A DNA stretch of 33,300 nt from a virus (lineage: Duplodnaviria; Caudoviricetes). The stretch covers positions 1 through 33,300 of the IMG/VR virus record IMGVR_UViG_3300020045_017536; one strand, written 5' to 3'. The notes below the pieces were generated by a model. The model saw nothing but the letters and a program-made list of their open reading frames with translations. It was not told where the DNA came from and searched no databases. This document shows positions 24,812 to 33,197 of this stretch, piece by piece. The position numbers and the translations under genes were made by a program. Within the stretch, counting starts at the first letter, position 1. Each line of letters opens with the position of its first letter.

Positions 24812-27399
24812 TAGCGAGCAAATTGAGTGCGGAGTTTGAGCTTATTGGCAATCTCTTCCCCGATCTTGCGGGCAAAGGTCTTGTCATCGCCATAGAAGTT
24901 CGCGCCCTGGAGGTTTACCGTAATGCCTGCGGACTGTTTGGCCGGGGTCACCGTCTCCCCCGCGTGGGCGCGGATGAGCATCGATTCTCCTGGGTGTCCC
25001 GGAACAATCCCGCCCGTGGCCATGGACGGGGCGTAGGCGGCGGCCTGTGCACCGGCTTCTAATTGCTTCAGTTCGGCTTTCAGGGCTTGAATCTGTTGCA
25101 AGGCGGTATTCGCCAGACTGTCTTTCCCTTGGGCTTTCATCTGCTGATAGATGCCCGTCAAACGCGTAATCTTGGCTTGCTTGTCTGAGGTGGCTTGCGA
25201 GACATTCACCCCCGCGCCCATGAACGCCGACCCTGACAAGGCCGCGGTATTGCCTTGGAGTTTGGCATAATATGACTGGAGGGTTTGCAGATTCTCTATC
25301 GCAAACTTCGACTCGGTTTTGCGGTTCATCATAAACTGCGCGGAGAAACTCGTATCCGCTTTGGCAATGGCCTGATAATACGCATCATAGGCGGCTTGCG
25401 TCGTCGTGAGCTTGGTCGTTTCCTCGGACAGTTCCTGCTGGAGGAGGGTTTGCTTTTCTTGAAAGGCGGCCTGCAGTCTAGCACTGGCTTCTTGCTGTTC
25501 GAGGATCGCTTGGGCTTTCTTGAGGGCATACGCTTCCCCCGCCTGTGTCCGCTCTTCATTGGCGAGGAAGGCAATCCGCTGGAGTTCATTCATGCTCGCG
25601 AGTGCCCGCTCGCGGTTCAACTCTTGCGTGAGATTGATTTCAAAATTATTCCCCGTCTCGAGGAGGGCATTCAGCTCCTGCAGTTCCTCCTTCTTGGCTT
25701 GAATTTTCTCCTTCATACTTCTCAACTCATCCCGGCTCGCCTCCCCCCGTTTGGCTTTTTTATAGTCATGTTCGAGGTCGGCCAGCTCTTTCGAGACCTT
25801 GACCGTATTTTCTTCCGCATCTACAATCACGCCGGCGGCGGATTCCGCTTCGGTTTGCGTAATGTTCTTGAGCGACTTCTGGTAGTCCTCTTCCAGTTTC
25901 AAGAGCTCATTCCGATTCTTTTTCTTCGTCTCAAAGACCGTTTTCTCGTAGTCGATCTGGTTGTCCCGCATCGTTTGGTTGAGCGTATCGATCCGGGTTT
26001 GCGAGTCTTTGATCTGGCCTTCCGTCTCGGTGAGATAGGTGGTGACCACACTCGCAATTTTTTCATAGGTGGCTTGTGTCTCTTCCACCATCGCTTTCAA
26101 CTGTTCATCAGAAATTTTCGTCTTCATCGCTTCCTGTTCTTGCGCAAGTTGAATCTGTAGCTCCTGAACGGCCTGGGCTTTCGCGGCAATCGCGCTGTAC
26201 ACCGTCACCACCTTGTCCTTCATTTTATGATAGAAGTCGCCAATGAGAGACGTGGAGGACGCGGCTTGCACGTCGAGCGCTTGCAGTTCGACTCGTGCAT
26301 TCTCCGAGGCGTCGCGAAAATACTGCGCGAACATATCCGGGAGAAAGCTCAATTTCTCTAAGACAAAGGCAATGGCGGTCGCAAACGATTCTTTGAGGAA
26401 GAGCACAAAGCGCAGCCCGGCATTTTCAGAGCCCGAAAAGAAATCCACCAGCCGAGAGAGGCCAGTGACCAACGTCGTGAGGACGCCAATCGCAATGGTC
26501 AGGGCTCCACTCAACGCCCCCCCGATGGCTTCACTGAGTTTTGAACTACCCCCAAAGAGCTTTTGGAAGAGGTCAAAGGTCGCCACCAGAAATTTTTTCA
26601 AGGGCGGCCAAATCGTGGTCGCCAGCCAGGACAAGATTTGTCCCAGTTTCTGCAATCCGGCTTTAATAAAGTCCATAATCTTTCCACGGTTTTTCACGAC
26701 CCAATCCGCCAAATCTTTAAAGACCGGAATCAAGGTCAGCGCGAGGGTTTGGCTAATCCCTTTGAAGGCGGTCTTCATGGTATCTAAGGCTTCATCCATT
26801 GCTCCAGCTTGGTTCACGGCCAGGTCATCCATGGCGACCCCCATTTCTTCGGCTTTGCTCGTCCATTCATCAAAACTCATCGCCCCTTGCTCAAACATCG
26901 GGAGCAGATTCGTGCCCGCCTTGCCAAACAAATCCAAGGCCGCCGACGTCCGTTCGGTCGCGGTGGGAAGTTTGGCAATGGCTTGCCCGATGGTAAACAT
27001 CTGTTGTTCCGGGGCGAGTTTTTTTATCTCATCAAACGACAGGCCAACAGCGCGGAGTCCGCCTTGGGCTTCCTTGCCCTTCACCCCCATCTCTCCGAGG
27101 TTCTTTTGCATGAGTTTAATCCCTCCGACAATCGTCTCCATGCCCACCCCTGTTTCTTCGGCCGCGAGTTTGAGGGTGGAGAGCGCCCCGACACCGATCC
27201 CGGTACTGGCTTTGAGGTTCGAGAGTTCTTCGCCGAGGTCCGCAAACGCTGTGACGGACTTGACCGCAAACGCGCCAAAGGCTGTCGCATAGCCCGCCAG
27301 CGCGACCCCCGCCACTTTCATGGAGGACTGGAGACTGCTAAAGGCCGACTTCGTTTGGTCTTTCGCACCGATAATGAGTTCGAGAGAGGCGTCAGCCAT
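24811..27399 (-). CDS. Tail tape measure protein
   Basis: MADASLELIIGAKDQTKSAF N-terminus, LFGKAGTNLLPM, long helical/coiled-coil body, C-terminal MATGGIVPG...AHAGETVTP. Confidence 0.93.
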   Translation of the reverse strand: MADASLELIIGAKDQTKSAFSSLQSSMKVAGVALAGYATAFGAFAVKSVTAFADLGEELSNLKASTGIGVGALSTLKLAAEETGVGMETIVGGIKLMQKNLGEMGVKGKEAQGGLRAVGLSFDEIKKLAPEQQMFTIGQAIAKLPTATERTSAALDLFGKAGTNLLPMFEQGAMSFDEWTSKAEEMGVAMDDLAVNQAGAMDEALDTMKTAFKGISQTLALTLIPVFKDLADWVVKNRGKIMDFIKAGLQKLGQILSWLATTIWPPLKKFLVATFDLFQKLFGGSSKLSEAIGGALSGALTIAIGVLTTLVTGLSRLVDFFSGSENAGLRFVLFLKESFATAIAFVLEKLSFLPDMFAQYFRDASENARVELQALDVQAASSTSLIGDFYHKMKDKVVTVYSAIAAKAQAVQELQIQLAQEQEAMKTKISDEQLKAMVEETQATYEKIASVVTTYLTETEGQIKDSQTRIDTLNQTMRDNQIDYEKTVFETKKKNRNELLKLEEDYQKSLKNITQTEAESAAGVIVDAEENTVKVSKELADLEHDYKKAKRGEASRDELRSMKEKIQAKKEELQELNALLETGNNFEINLTQELNRERALASMNELQRIAFLANEERTQAGEAYALKKAQAILEQQEASARLQAAFQEKQTLLQQELSEETTKLTTTQAAYDAYYQAIAKADTSFSAQFMMNRKTESKFAIENLQTLQSYYAKLQGNTAALSGSAFMGAGVNVSQATSDKQAKITRLTGIYQQMKAQGKDSLANTALQQIQALKAELKQLEAGAQAAAYAPSMATGGIVPGHPGESMLIRAHAGETVTPAKQSAGITVNLQGANFYGDDKTFARKIGEEIANKLKLRTQFAR

Positions 27400-27605
27400 G
27401 GGAAGATTTGAGAGATTTCATGAGGGCATCGAGGGTATAGAGCAGGTGTGCGCTGGTATAATCGAGCTCATAGACGCCCAGGCCGTACGTTTTGACCAAC
27501 CACCATTCCTGTACCTCTAAATCTTCGACAGTGAGTCCGTCATAGGGTCCGCGTCGTTTGCCTTGGAGGGCTCGGGCGTACTCACGTCTTTTTTTTTATC
27601 CATGG
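27392..27605 (-). CDS. Tail assembly chaperone, C-terminal part with -1 programmed frameshift (G/GT type); N-terminus detached
   Basis: Slippery run GAT AAA AAA AAA GAC at 27589-27597. Frame 0 ends at 27517. The -1 frame reads RREYARALQGKRRGPYDGLTVEDLEVQEWWLVKTYG...SSHG* and overlaps the tape measure start. Confidence 0.75.
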
Positions 27606-27694
27606 CCGCTGAAATGATTGAAGCGGGTCTGATCCAGGATGAAGTCGTCACCTCAAATATCTCAGGATACCTCATTGAAGATGTGATAGCGTAG
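27602..27694 (+). CDS. C-terminal 30 codons of a probable major capsid protein (fragment)
   Basis: MAAEMIEAGLIQDEVVTSNISGYLIEDVIA* resembles the DExV...GYLIxDV ending of lambda-E/Mu-type capsid proteins and precedes the head-completion genes. Confidence 0.65.
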   Translation: MAAEMIEAGLIQDEVVTSNISGYLIEDVIA

Positions 27695-27699
27695 TCTAT

Positions 27700-27751
27700 T
27701 TGCACAATCTGATAGGGAGTGCTATGATCTAACCATCATTAACTCCCTATC
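27700..27751 (+). promoter_or_regulatory. Promoter of HNH gene overlapped by an inverted repeat
   Basis: TTGCAC-17bp-TATGAT with extended TG. Inverted repeat GATAGGGAGT (27711-20)/ACTCCCTATC (27742-51) with inner ATGAT/ATCAT. Confidence 0.6.
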
Positions 27752-27753
27752 CC

Positions 27754-28347
27754 ATGTTCCTTACCAAATCGTGTGCCCAGTGTGGAAAAACCTTTGAGAA
27801 AAAACAGTGTATCTCAATGAAGGAATGGCTTGAAAAAACCATGTATTGTTCGAAAGCCTGTTGGTATGCCTGGAAGAAAGCCCAGCACAAGCCAGCATGG
27901 AATCATGGACTGACCAAAGCTGATCATCCCTCACTCCAATCGATGGCTGAGAAGAAAACAGGGATTAACCCATTTACGAAAGAACAGATGGAAGCCCAAG
28001 CCGCTCGGATGCGCGGCACGCATCACTCTGAAAGTACAAAGCAGAAAATGAGTGAAGCGCATAAGGACGAGAAACATTGGAACTGGAAAGGCGGGATCAC
28101 GGATGAACTGCATCGCCTGCGAAATCAAATGAATTACCAACACTGGAAACAGGAGACACAAACGCGGGATCAGTTTACCTGCCAACACTGTGGTCTTCAG
28201 GGGGCGCCCACGTCGAATCTACTCGACACTCATCACCTCAAGGCGTTCAAAGACTATCCGAAGTTGCGCTACGCGGTGTCCAACGGTATTACCCTCTGCA
28301 AACCCTGTCACACGAAAGAACATCATCGACTCAAACTTACTCTCTAA
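27754..28347 (+). CDS. HNH homing endonuclease with zinc finger and NUMOD3 motifs
   Basis: CAQCGK...YCSKAC, HHSESTKQKMSEAH, HWNWKGG, RDQFTCQHCG...HHLK...NGITLCKPCH. Confidence 0.9.
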   Translation: MFLTKSCAQCGKTFEKKQCISMKEWLEKTMYCSKACWYAWKKAQHKPAWNHGLTKADHPSLQSMAEKKTGINPFTKEQMEAQAARMRGTHHSESTKQKMSEAHKDEKHWNWKGGITDELHRLRNQMNYQHWKQETQTRDQFTCQHCGLQGAPTSNLLDTHHLKAFKDYPKLRYAVSNGITLCKPCHTKEHHRLKLTL

Positions 28348-28359
28348 CTCTCAACTTCT

Positions 28360-29895
28360 ATGTCTGAAATTTACGACGACGGGGCGAAGGTGGTGAAGGA
28401 TACGCTCCAAGCGAATGTTTCCCTCCGCGTTCCGTCTTATGCCACGGGGTCACTCCCCACTCCTACGTCAGGCGTGTTTGAACTCGCGCGTGACACCACG
28501 ACCAATACCTATAAAGGCACGGATGGTGCCGCGAGCTGGGCGAACATCGGCGGCGAACTCGCCGCCCCTGCTGCACTGACTGATCTCTCTGATGTCACCA
28601 CCACCGCGCCGAGTAACGGCCATATGCTGGTCTACGATACAACGGTGTATAAGAACTATGCCGTGAGCGGCGATATCACCCTGTCCAACCTGGGTGTCGT
28701 CGCCATTGCCTCCGATGTGATTGTGAATGCGGATATCAAAACCGATGCCGCCATTGCCTACTCCAAACTCGCCGCGCTCACCTCTGGGAACATTCTCGTC
28801 GGCTCTGCGGGGAACGTGGCCACCTCGGTCGCCATGTCCGGCGATGCCACGATTGTCGCTGCTGGCACAGTCTCCGTCACTGACCTGACGATCTCCGGAG
28901 AATCCAATGGGGATGTGCTCCGCTTTAACGGCTCCATTTGGACAGCCGTGGATCCGGCTGAACTCCCGTCTGGGACGGCCTCCATCATCGCCCAAAGCGC
29001 CACGATTGAAGCGGGCGCCAATGATGTGACCCTCTCCACCACCACGCAAACGGTCGGCGTCACCACGTTGACGATTCCTGACTTTGCGGGCGTGGCTGAT
29101 ACGTTTGCCTTTCTCACGAAAGCGCAAACCCTCGTCTCAAAAACTCTCACGGCGCCGGATATCAATGCCGGAACGGCAGATAGCTTGACCAGTCTCTCCA
29201 TCCGTTCCACCGGGTCGGCCCATGATGTCACCTTCGCCTGTAGTACGGTGCTGACGGCAGGGCGCACCATCACCTTGACCATTCCTGATAGTGCCGTGGG
29301 GATTACACTCCCGGCCTCTGGTACGCTCGCGACCCTCACGGGTAGTGAAACCTTGTCTGGGAAAATCCTGACAGGCAACACGGTGGATAGTACGATTCAT
29401 TCCACCTCTGGGAATACGTTAACCTTCCCTGATGCGATTGATACACTGGTCGGGAAAGCCACAACGGATACCTTGACGAACAAGACCCTCGATGCCAACG
29501 GCACAGGGAATAGTCTCTCGAATGTGGGACCAGAAAACCTCCAAGCGGGAGCGACCGCGTCGGTGACAGAGTTTGCTACCTTCGTGATTCAAAAGGATGT
29601 GTCGAATAGTGCGGCCACCTCCATCTACACCGCGAATGCTCCGTATAAGTTCCGCATTCTCGATGCCTGGGTGGTGAACATTGCCGCGGGCAACAGTGGA
29701 ACCTGGAAGCTGGATGATGGCACCAATGATATTACAAGCGCCGTCAGTTACACCGCTTCAGATACCGCCCTCGTGCGCGCCAGTTCTATCGACAACGCCT
29801 ATCATGTCCTTGATGCGAATGCCACCCTTCGGTGTGTCAATTCCTCTGCGACAGATGATGCGGTGCTCTATGTACTCGCGATTCGGGTCACCTGA
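28360..29895 (+). CDS. Fibre-like virion protein (head fibre/decoration candidate)
   Basis: T/A/S-rich, with LTDLSDV, SGDxT repeats and TLxxKTL repeats. Lies between capsid end and connector. Confidence 0.65.
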   Translation: MSEIYDDGAKVVKDTLQANVSLRVPSYATGSLPTPTSGVFELARDTTTNTYKGTDGAASWANIGGELAAPAALTDLSDVTTTAPSNGHMLVYDTTVYKNYAVSGDITLSNLGVVAIASDVIVNADIKTDAAIAYSKLAALTSGNILVGSAGNVATSVAMSGDATIVAAGTVSVTDLTISGESNGDVLRFNGSIWTAVDPAELPSGTASIIAQSATIEAGANDVTLSTTTQTVGVTTLTIPDFAGVADTFAFLTKAQTLVSKTLTAPDINAGTADSLTSLSIRSTGSAHDVTFACSTVLTAGRTITLTIPDSAVGITLPASGTLATLTGSETLSGKILTGNTVDSTIHSTSGNTLTFPDAIDTLVGKATTDTLTNKTLDANGTGNSLSNVGPENLQAGATASVTEFATFVIQKDVSNSAATSIYTANAPYKFRILDAWVVNIAAGNSGTWKLDDGTNDITSAVSYTASDTALVRASSIDNAYHVLDANATLRCVNSSATDDAVLYVLAIRVT

Positions 29896-29899
29896 CCCT

Positions 29900-29921
29900 G
29901 AGAAGCCTTTAGGGGCTTCTC
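29900..29921 (+). terminator. Hairpin/terminator
   Basis: GAGAAGCC-TTTAGG-GGCTTCTC after the stop codon; weak U tail. Confidence 0.5.
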
Positions 29922-29966
29922 TGCGCCCTCTCTGTTGAGGGCGTGTACAAGCCCCTAAACTCTCCT

Positions 29967-30407
29967 ATGGCCTTGTCCTACTGTACCATTGCCGATATCC
30001 GCCGCGAGAGTGGGTTCACGAATAACACCAACCTCCTCGATGCGCGCCTGACCGAAACAGGGGAACGCGCCCAGAGTGAAGTGGATAGTTATCTGCGGGG
30101 GGTCTACACCCTCCCGCTGGCCTCCGTCCCTGATCTGGTCGAGTATGTCACCATGCTCCTGGCGTCGGGCTATCTGTTGATCCGAGAGTATGGCCCTGAG
30201 TCCCGCGATACGGATAAAGATGGGTATAAGAAATGTGCGGATGCCCGTGCCCTTCTCAAACAGATCGCCGCCAAAGAAATCTTGCTTGTCGATACGACGG
30301 GCGCAGTCTTGGCGACCTCCACCACTCATCGATTGAGTTTCTTTCCGACCACGACCACCGAACCTGGCCAACAGATTTCCATGGATCGTGCTACCCAACC
30401 CTTCTAA
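29967..30407 (+). CDS. Head-tail connector, Mu gp36/DUF1320-like
   Basis: YCTIADI...AQSEVDSYLRGVYTLPLASVP...ARALLKQIA. Confidence 0.8.
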   Translation: MALSYCTIADIRRESGFTNNTNLLDARLTETGERAQSEVDSYLRGVYTLPLASVPDLVEYVTMLLASGYLLIREYGPESRDTDKDGYKKCADARALLKQIAAKEILLVDTTGAVLATSTTHRLSFFPTTTTEPGQQISMDRATQPF

Positions 30408-30856
30408 TGGCCGACGGCTTTGCCCTCAGTTACACCTTAGATACTCGTGCTCTGGATCGCAAGATTCTGGGGATTACGACCAAGCTGAAAGACCTCTCAC
30501 GTCCCCTCATGCTGAGTAAGGATACGGTCTTACAGGAAACCGATCAGCAGTGGAGCTCTGAAGGCTCCCATCTCGGCACGGCCTGGAAGGCGAGAAAACC
30601 CCAACAGGGAAAGGATGGTCAGCGGGTCGATACCTGGCCGCTCCTCGAAAAGACTGGCAAGATGCGCAAGAGCTTTAGCTTTCAGTCCACCAAAGACTCG
30701 ATGAGGATTTTTAATACGGCCTCCTACTTTCCCTATCATCAGTCCTCAGCGTCCAGACGCAAACTCCCCCATCGTCCGATGCTCGTCCTCTCCCCAAAAC
30801 TCAAAGAGCAGATTGTCAAAATCTTCCAAGCAGAACTCCGTAACCTCACACGATGA
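30407..30856 (+). CDS. Virion morphogenesis/neck protein (Mu gpG-like)
   Basis: Start ATG 30407 (TAATG). W..RK...LLEKTGKMRKS...YFPYHQ...LPHRPML. Confidence 0.8.
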   Translation: MADGFALSYTLDTRALDRKILGITTKLKDLSRPLMLSKDTVLQETDQQWSSEGSHLGTAWKARKPQQGKDGQRVDTWPLLEKTGKMRKSFSFQSTKDSMRIFNTASYFPYHQSSASRRKLPHRPMLVLSPKLKEQIVKIFQAELRNLTR

Positions 30857-31014
30857 CCGACATGCTCCTCATTCATTTCTTCTATTCCCTGGGCGGGTTT
30901 GTGGTCGGCTTTGAAGTCCGGGCGGTCCTGACCCTCTACCACGCCACGCATTCGTGGTCGGCGACCTGGCATGGGCTCAAATTGTTTCACCTCGATTGTC
31001 TGTCCGCTTCCTAA
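30853..31014 (+). CDS. Small hydrophobic protein (53 aa)
   Basis: Hand translation MTDMLLIHFFYSLGGFVVGFEVRAVLTLY...; ATGA coupling. Confidence 0.5.
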   Translation: MTDMLLIHFFYSLGGFVVGFEVRAVLTLYHATHSWSATWHGLKLFHLDCLSAS

Positions 31015-31020
31015 TATGTT

Positions 31021-31248
31021 ATGCCGTCACGCGAGACACTCCGCTCGATTCTGTTTTTCCTTGGCCTGGGACTCTGGACGCTCCTGCTCCTGACGGAAGT
31101 CGCGGGGCGCGTGTATCACTTCGACTACACCATGCCCTGGCCAGTCCATATCATCGCCATCGGCATCTCCGGCGCCTACTACAAAGACATTCCCACCTAT
31201 CTGATTTCGAAAGTGAAGGACAAGTTGCACCAGGATAACACACGCTAA
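31021..31248 (+). CDS. Two-TM membrane protein
   Basis: Two hydrophobic segments and a charged C-tail. TAATG coupling to the next gene. Confidence 0.6.
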   Translation: MPSRETLRSILFFLGLGLWTLLLLTEVAGRVYHFDYTMPWPVHIIAIGISGAYYKDIPTYLISKVKDKLHQDNTR

Positions 31249-31724
31249 TGGATGAAATTTTCGACCGCATCAAGGAAATTCTCGAACGCTATGTGAAAGG
31301 TCAGCGGGGGTTTAAAGCCGTGTATTATGGCGATCCTGGGGCGATACCCTCAATGAGCCTCCCGGCCTTGTATGTCGCGCCCGTCAAAACCTCCCTCGTC
31401 GCCCTGAGTACGGGATCAGATCGCATCCTGTATACGATCAGTGTGGGGGCGGTCTATCAGCAAGTCACGACGTATGACACCCAGCCCTATGATGAACAGA
31501 GCCTGACCCGTGAACTGGTCAAAGCCTTTCTCGAAGCGGACGGGGATGGGGCACTCCGCACGGACACGATTGTCGGCGCGATGCGGTCCGAAATCCAAGC
31601 CGATGATGCGGTTTTGTTTACCGACCGATTTGAGATAGACTATGGGATGAGCGACCGTCGTGGCTTCTCCAGTATCGAAGGCTTGGTCACGTTTGAAGCC
31701 ACGATCCAGAAAACCCGTCCGTAA
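31248..31724 (+). CDS. Tail terminator/completion protein
   Basis: VYYGDP...LPALYVAP pattern, positioned before the tube gene. Confidence 0.65.
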   Translation: MDEIFDRIKEILERYVKGQRGFKAVYYGDPGAIPSMSLPALYVAPVKTSLVALSTGSDRILYTISVGAVYQQVTTYDTQPYDEQSLTRELVKAFLEADGDGALRTDTIVGAMRSEIQADDAVLFTDRFEIDYGMSDRRGFSSIEGLVTFEATIQKTRP

Positions 31725-31735
31725 CCCCCTCTCCT

Positions 31736-31912
31736 ATGAAGATCACCAATACCAGTCATTCCCTCGTTACCTTCGCTGACCTGCCGGCCTTTCAACCCGG
31801 CGAAACCCGTGAGGTGTCCGATGACCTGGGCGCGCAACTCCTGACCCGCGCCGAGTTTGCGGAGCCGAAGAAAGAGGCGAAGCATGAGCCTGAGAAAAAA
31901 TCCCATTCATAA
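31736..31912 (+). CDS. Small tail-module protein (58 aa)
   Basis: Hand translation MKITNTS...FQPGETREVSDDLGAQLL...; leader TAACCCCCTCTCCT-ATG. Confidence 0.65.
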   Translation: MKITNTSHSLVTFADLPAFQPGETREVSDDLGAQLLTRAEFAEPKKEAKHEPEKKSHS

Positions 31913-31930
31913 TTTTTTAACCCCACGTCT

Positions 31931-33127
31931 ATGGCCTACTCGAAACAAGGGTATCTCGCGCTGAAAAAAGAAACCACGGCAGGCACGGCTGTCTACCCGA
32001 ACGTGTTTCTCGAACTCATCTCCGAGAGTGTCACCTCCCCCAAACCGCTGGTCAGTTCCAGTCCGGTCTACGGGAGTACGGTAAAGAACCTCCGTCCGAT
32101 TCGTGGGGCGTTTGAGGCACCCACGGGCGAAATTAAAGTCCAAGTGGAACCCGATACCATTGGCTACATTTTGGCAGGCGTGATGGGACCCCCCTCGACC
32201 GCCTCGGTCTCGGATACCACGGCGTATGTCCATACGTTTACCCAACCCTACACCACGGCCGCGCATCCCACCTTTACGGTGGATATTGCGATGGGCTCGG
32301 ATGACTTTGTGCGTCGGTATGTGGGCTGTAAGTTCCATAACTTGAAACTGGAAATTGAAGATAACGTCTGGACGGCGACGTTCACCTTGACCGCGATGTA
32401 TGCCTTTGAAAACACGAGAGTCAAAACCACGGCCTCCAGTGGCACCGCGCTGGTCCTCTATCAAACCTCTGGCCTCGTCGCGGGTTCGGATACGATCATT
32501 GTCTCGCCACAAGGCGGCGCATCACGGGAAGAATTGACGGTCACCACGATCTCGAATGAAACCACACTTGTCGTGAGTACCATCGGGCAAACCCACACCG
32601 CAGATACCGATGAAGTCACGATTAAGAAACAAAGTCCCTCCTTTACCCAACTCCGGAAACTGACCTGGATCGGGGACTCGACCTACAAAGTCGGGGCGGC
32701 CATTGGTTCTGTCGCCCTGAGAGACGCGGAGACCTTTAGCTGTAGTATCAACCGGGAGATTGAAGTCCGGCAAGCCGCGAACGGGATCAACGAGATTGAC
32801 CGCTATCCCACTGCGATTCTCGACAAAGGCGTGGAAGCCTCCGCCACCGTCGGCTACTACTGGACGGATGAACAACAGATGGATCAACACACCTTCGGGA
32901 CGCAGCAGGCGATTGAAGTGGAAGCCATCGGGGAACTCGCCGGCGCGGCCACGGTCTATTCCAATCTCAAGATTCAAATGCCGGATGTGCGGAATATGAA
33001 GAGTCCGACCCCGAACCTCGAAGCCGACGCCCTGCTCCAAGAGGATTTGGAACTCACCGCGTTTTATGATAGTACCGCCACGTATCTCGTGAAGGTAATT
33101 TGTACCTCGAAAATTGCGACCTATTAA
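31931..33127 (+). CDS. Major tail tube protein
   Basis: YLALKKETTAGT...ISESV...YVHTFT...PTFTVD...YVGCK, typical of non-contractile tube proteins. Confidence 0.85.
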   Translation: MAYSKQGYLALKKETTAGTAVYPNVFLELISESVTSPKPLVSSSPVYGSTVKNLRPIRGAFEAPTGEIKVQVEPDTIGYILAGVMGPPSTASVSDTTAYVHTFTQPYTTAAHPTFTVDIAMGSDDFVRRYVGCKFHNLKLEIEDNVWTATFTLTAMYAFENTRVKTTASSGTALVLYQTSGLVAGSDTIIVSPQGGASREELTVTTISNETTLVVSTIGQTHTADTDEVTIKKQSPSFTQLRKLTWIGDSTYKVGAAIGSVALRDAETFSCSINREIEVRQAANGINEIDRYPTAILDKGVEASATVGYYWTDEQQMDQHTFGTQQAIEVEAIGELAGAATVYSNLKIQMPDVRNMKSPTPNLEADALLQEDLELTAFYDSTATYLVKVICTSKIATY

Positions 33128-33136
33128 GTAGCAGAC

Positions 33137-33165
33137 AGAGGGATGCGTGCGTAGCGTGTCCCTCT
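33137..33165 (+). terminator. Hairpin after tube gene
   Basis: AGAGGGATGCG...CGTGTCCCTCT followed by a pyrimidine run. Confidence 0.5.
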
Positions 33166-33197
33166 TCTCTACATTTCCTACGCCTCACCCCTACGCT

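Noticed and set aside
25285-27411. Long plus-strand ORFs (291, 349 and 200 aa) and similar antisense ORFs over fibre, hub, terL and tube genes
   Set aside because: Shadow frames antisense to well-supported genes, with no independent motifs.
27517-27705. ORF-track 62-aa protein MQIDYAITSS...
   Set aside because: Chimeric across the inversion junction: the first ~33 codons are antisense to the capsid fragment, and only MDKKKDV... is chaperone sequence.
27711-27751. Inverted repeat as the inversion breakpoint
   Set aside because: The capsid-like reading frame on the plus strand extends left to ~27602, so the junction lies ~110 bp further left. The repeat belongs to the HNH promoter.
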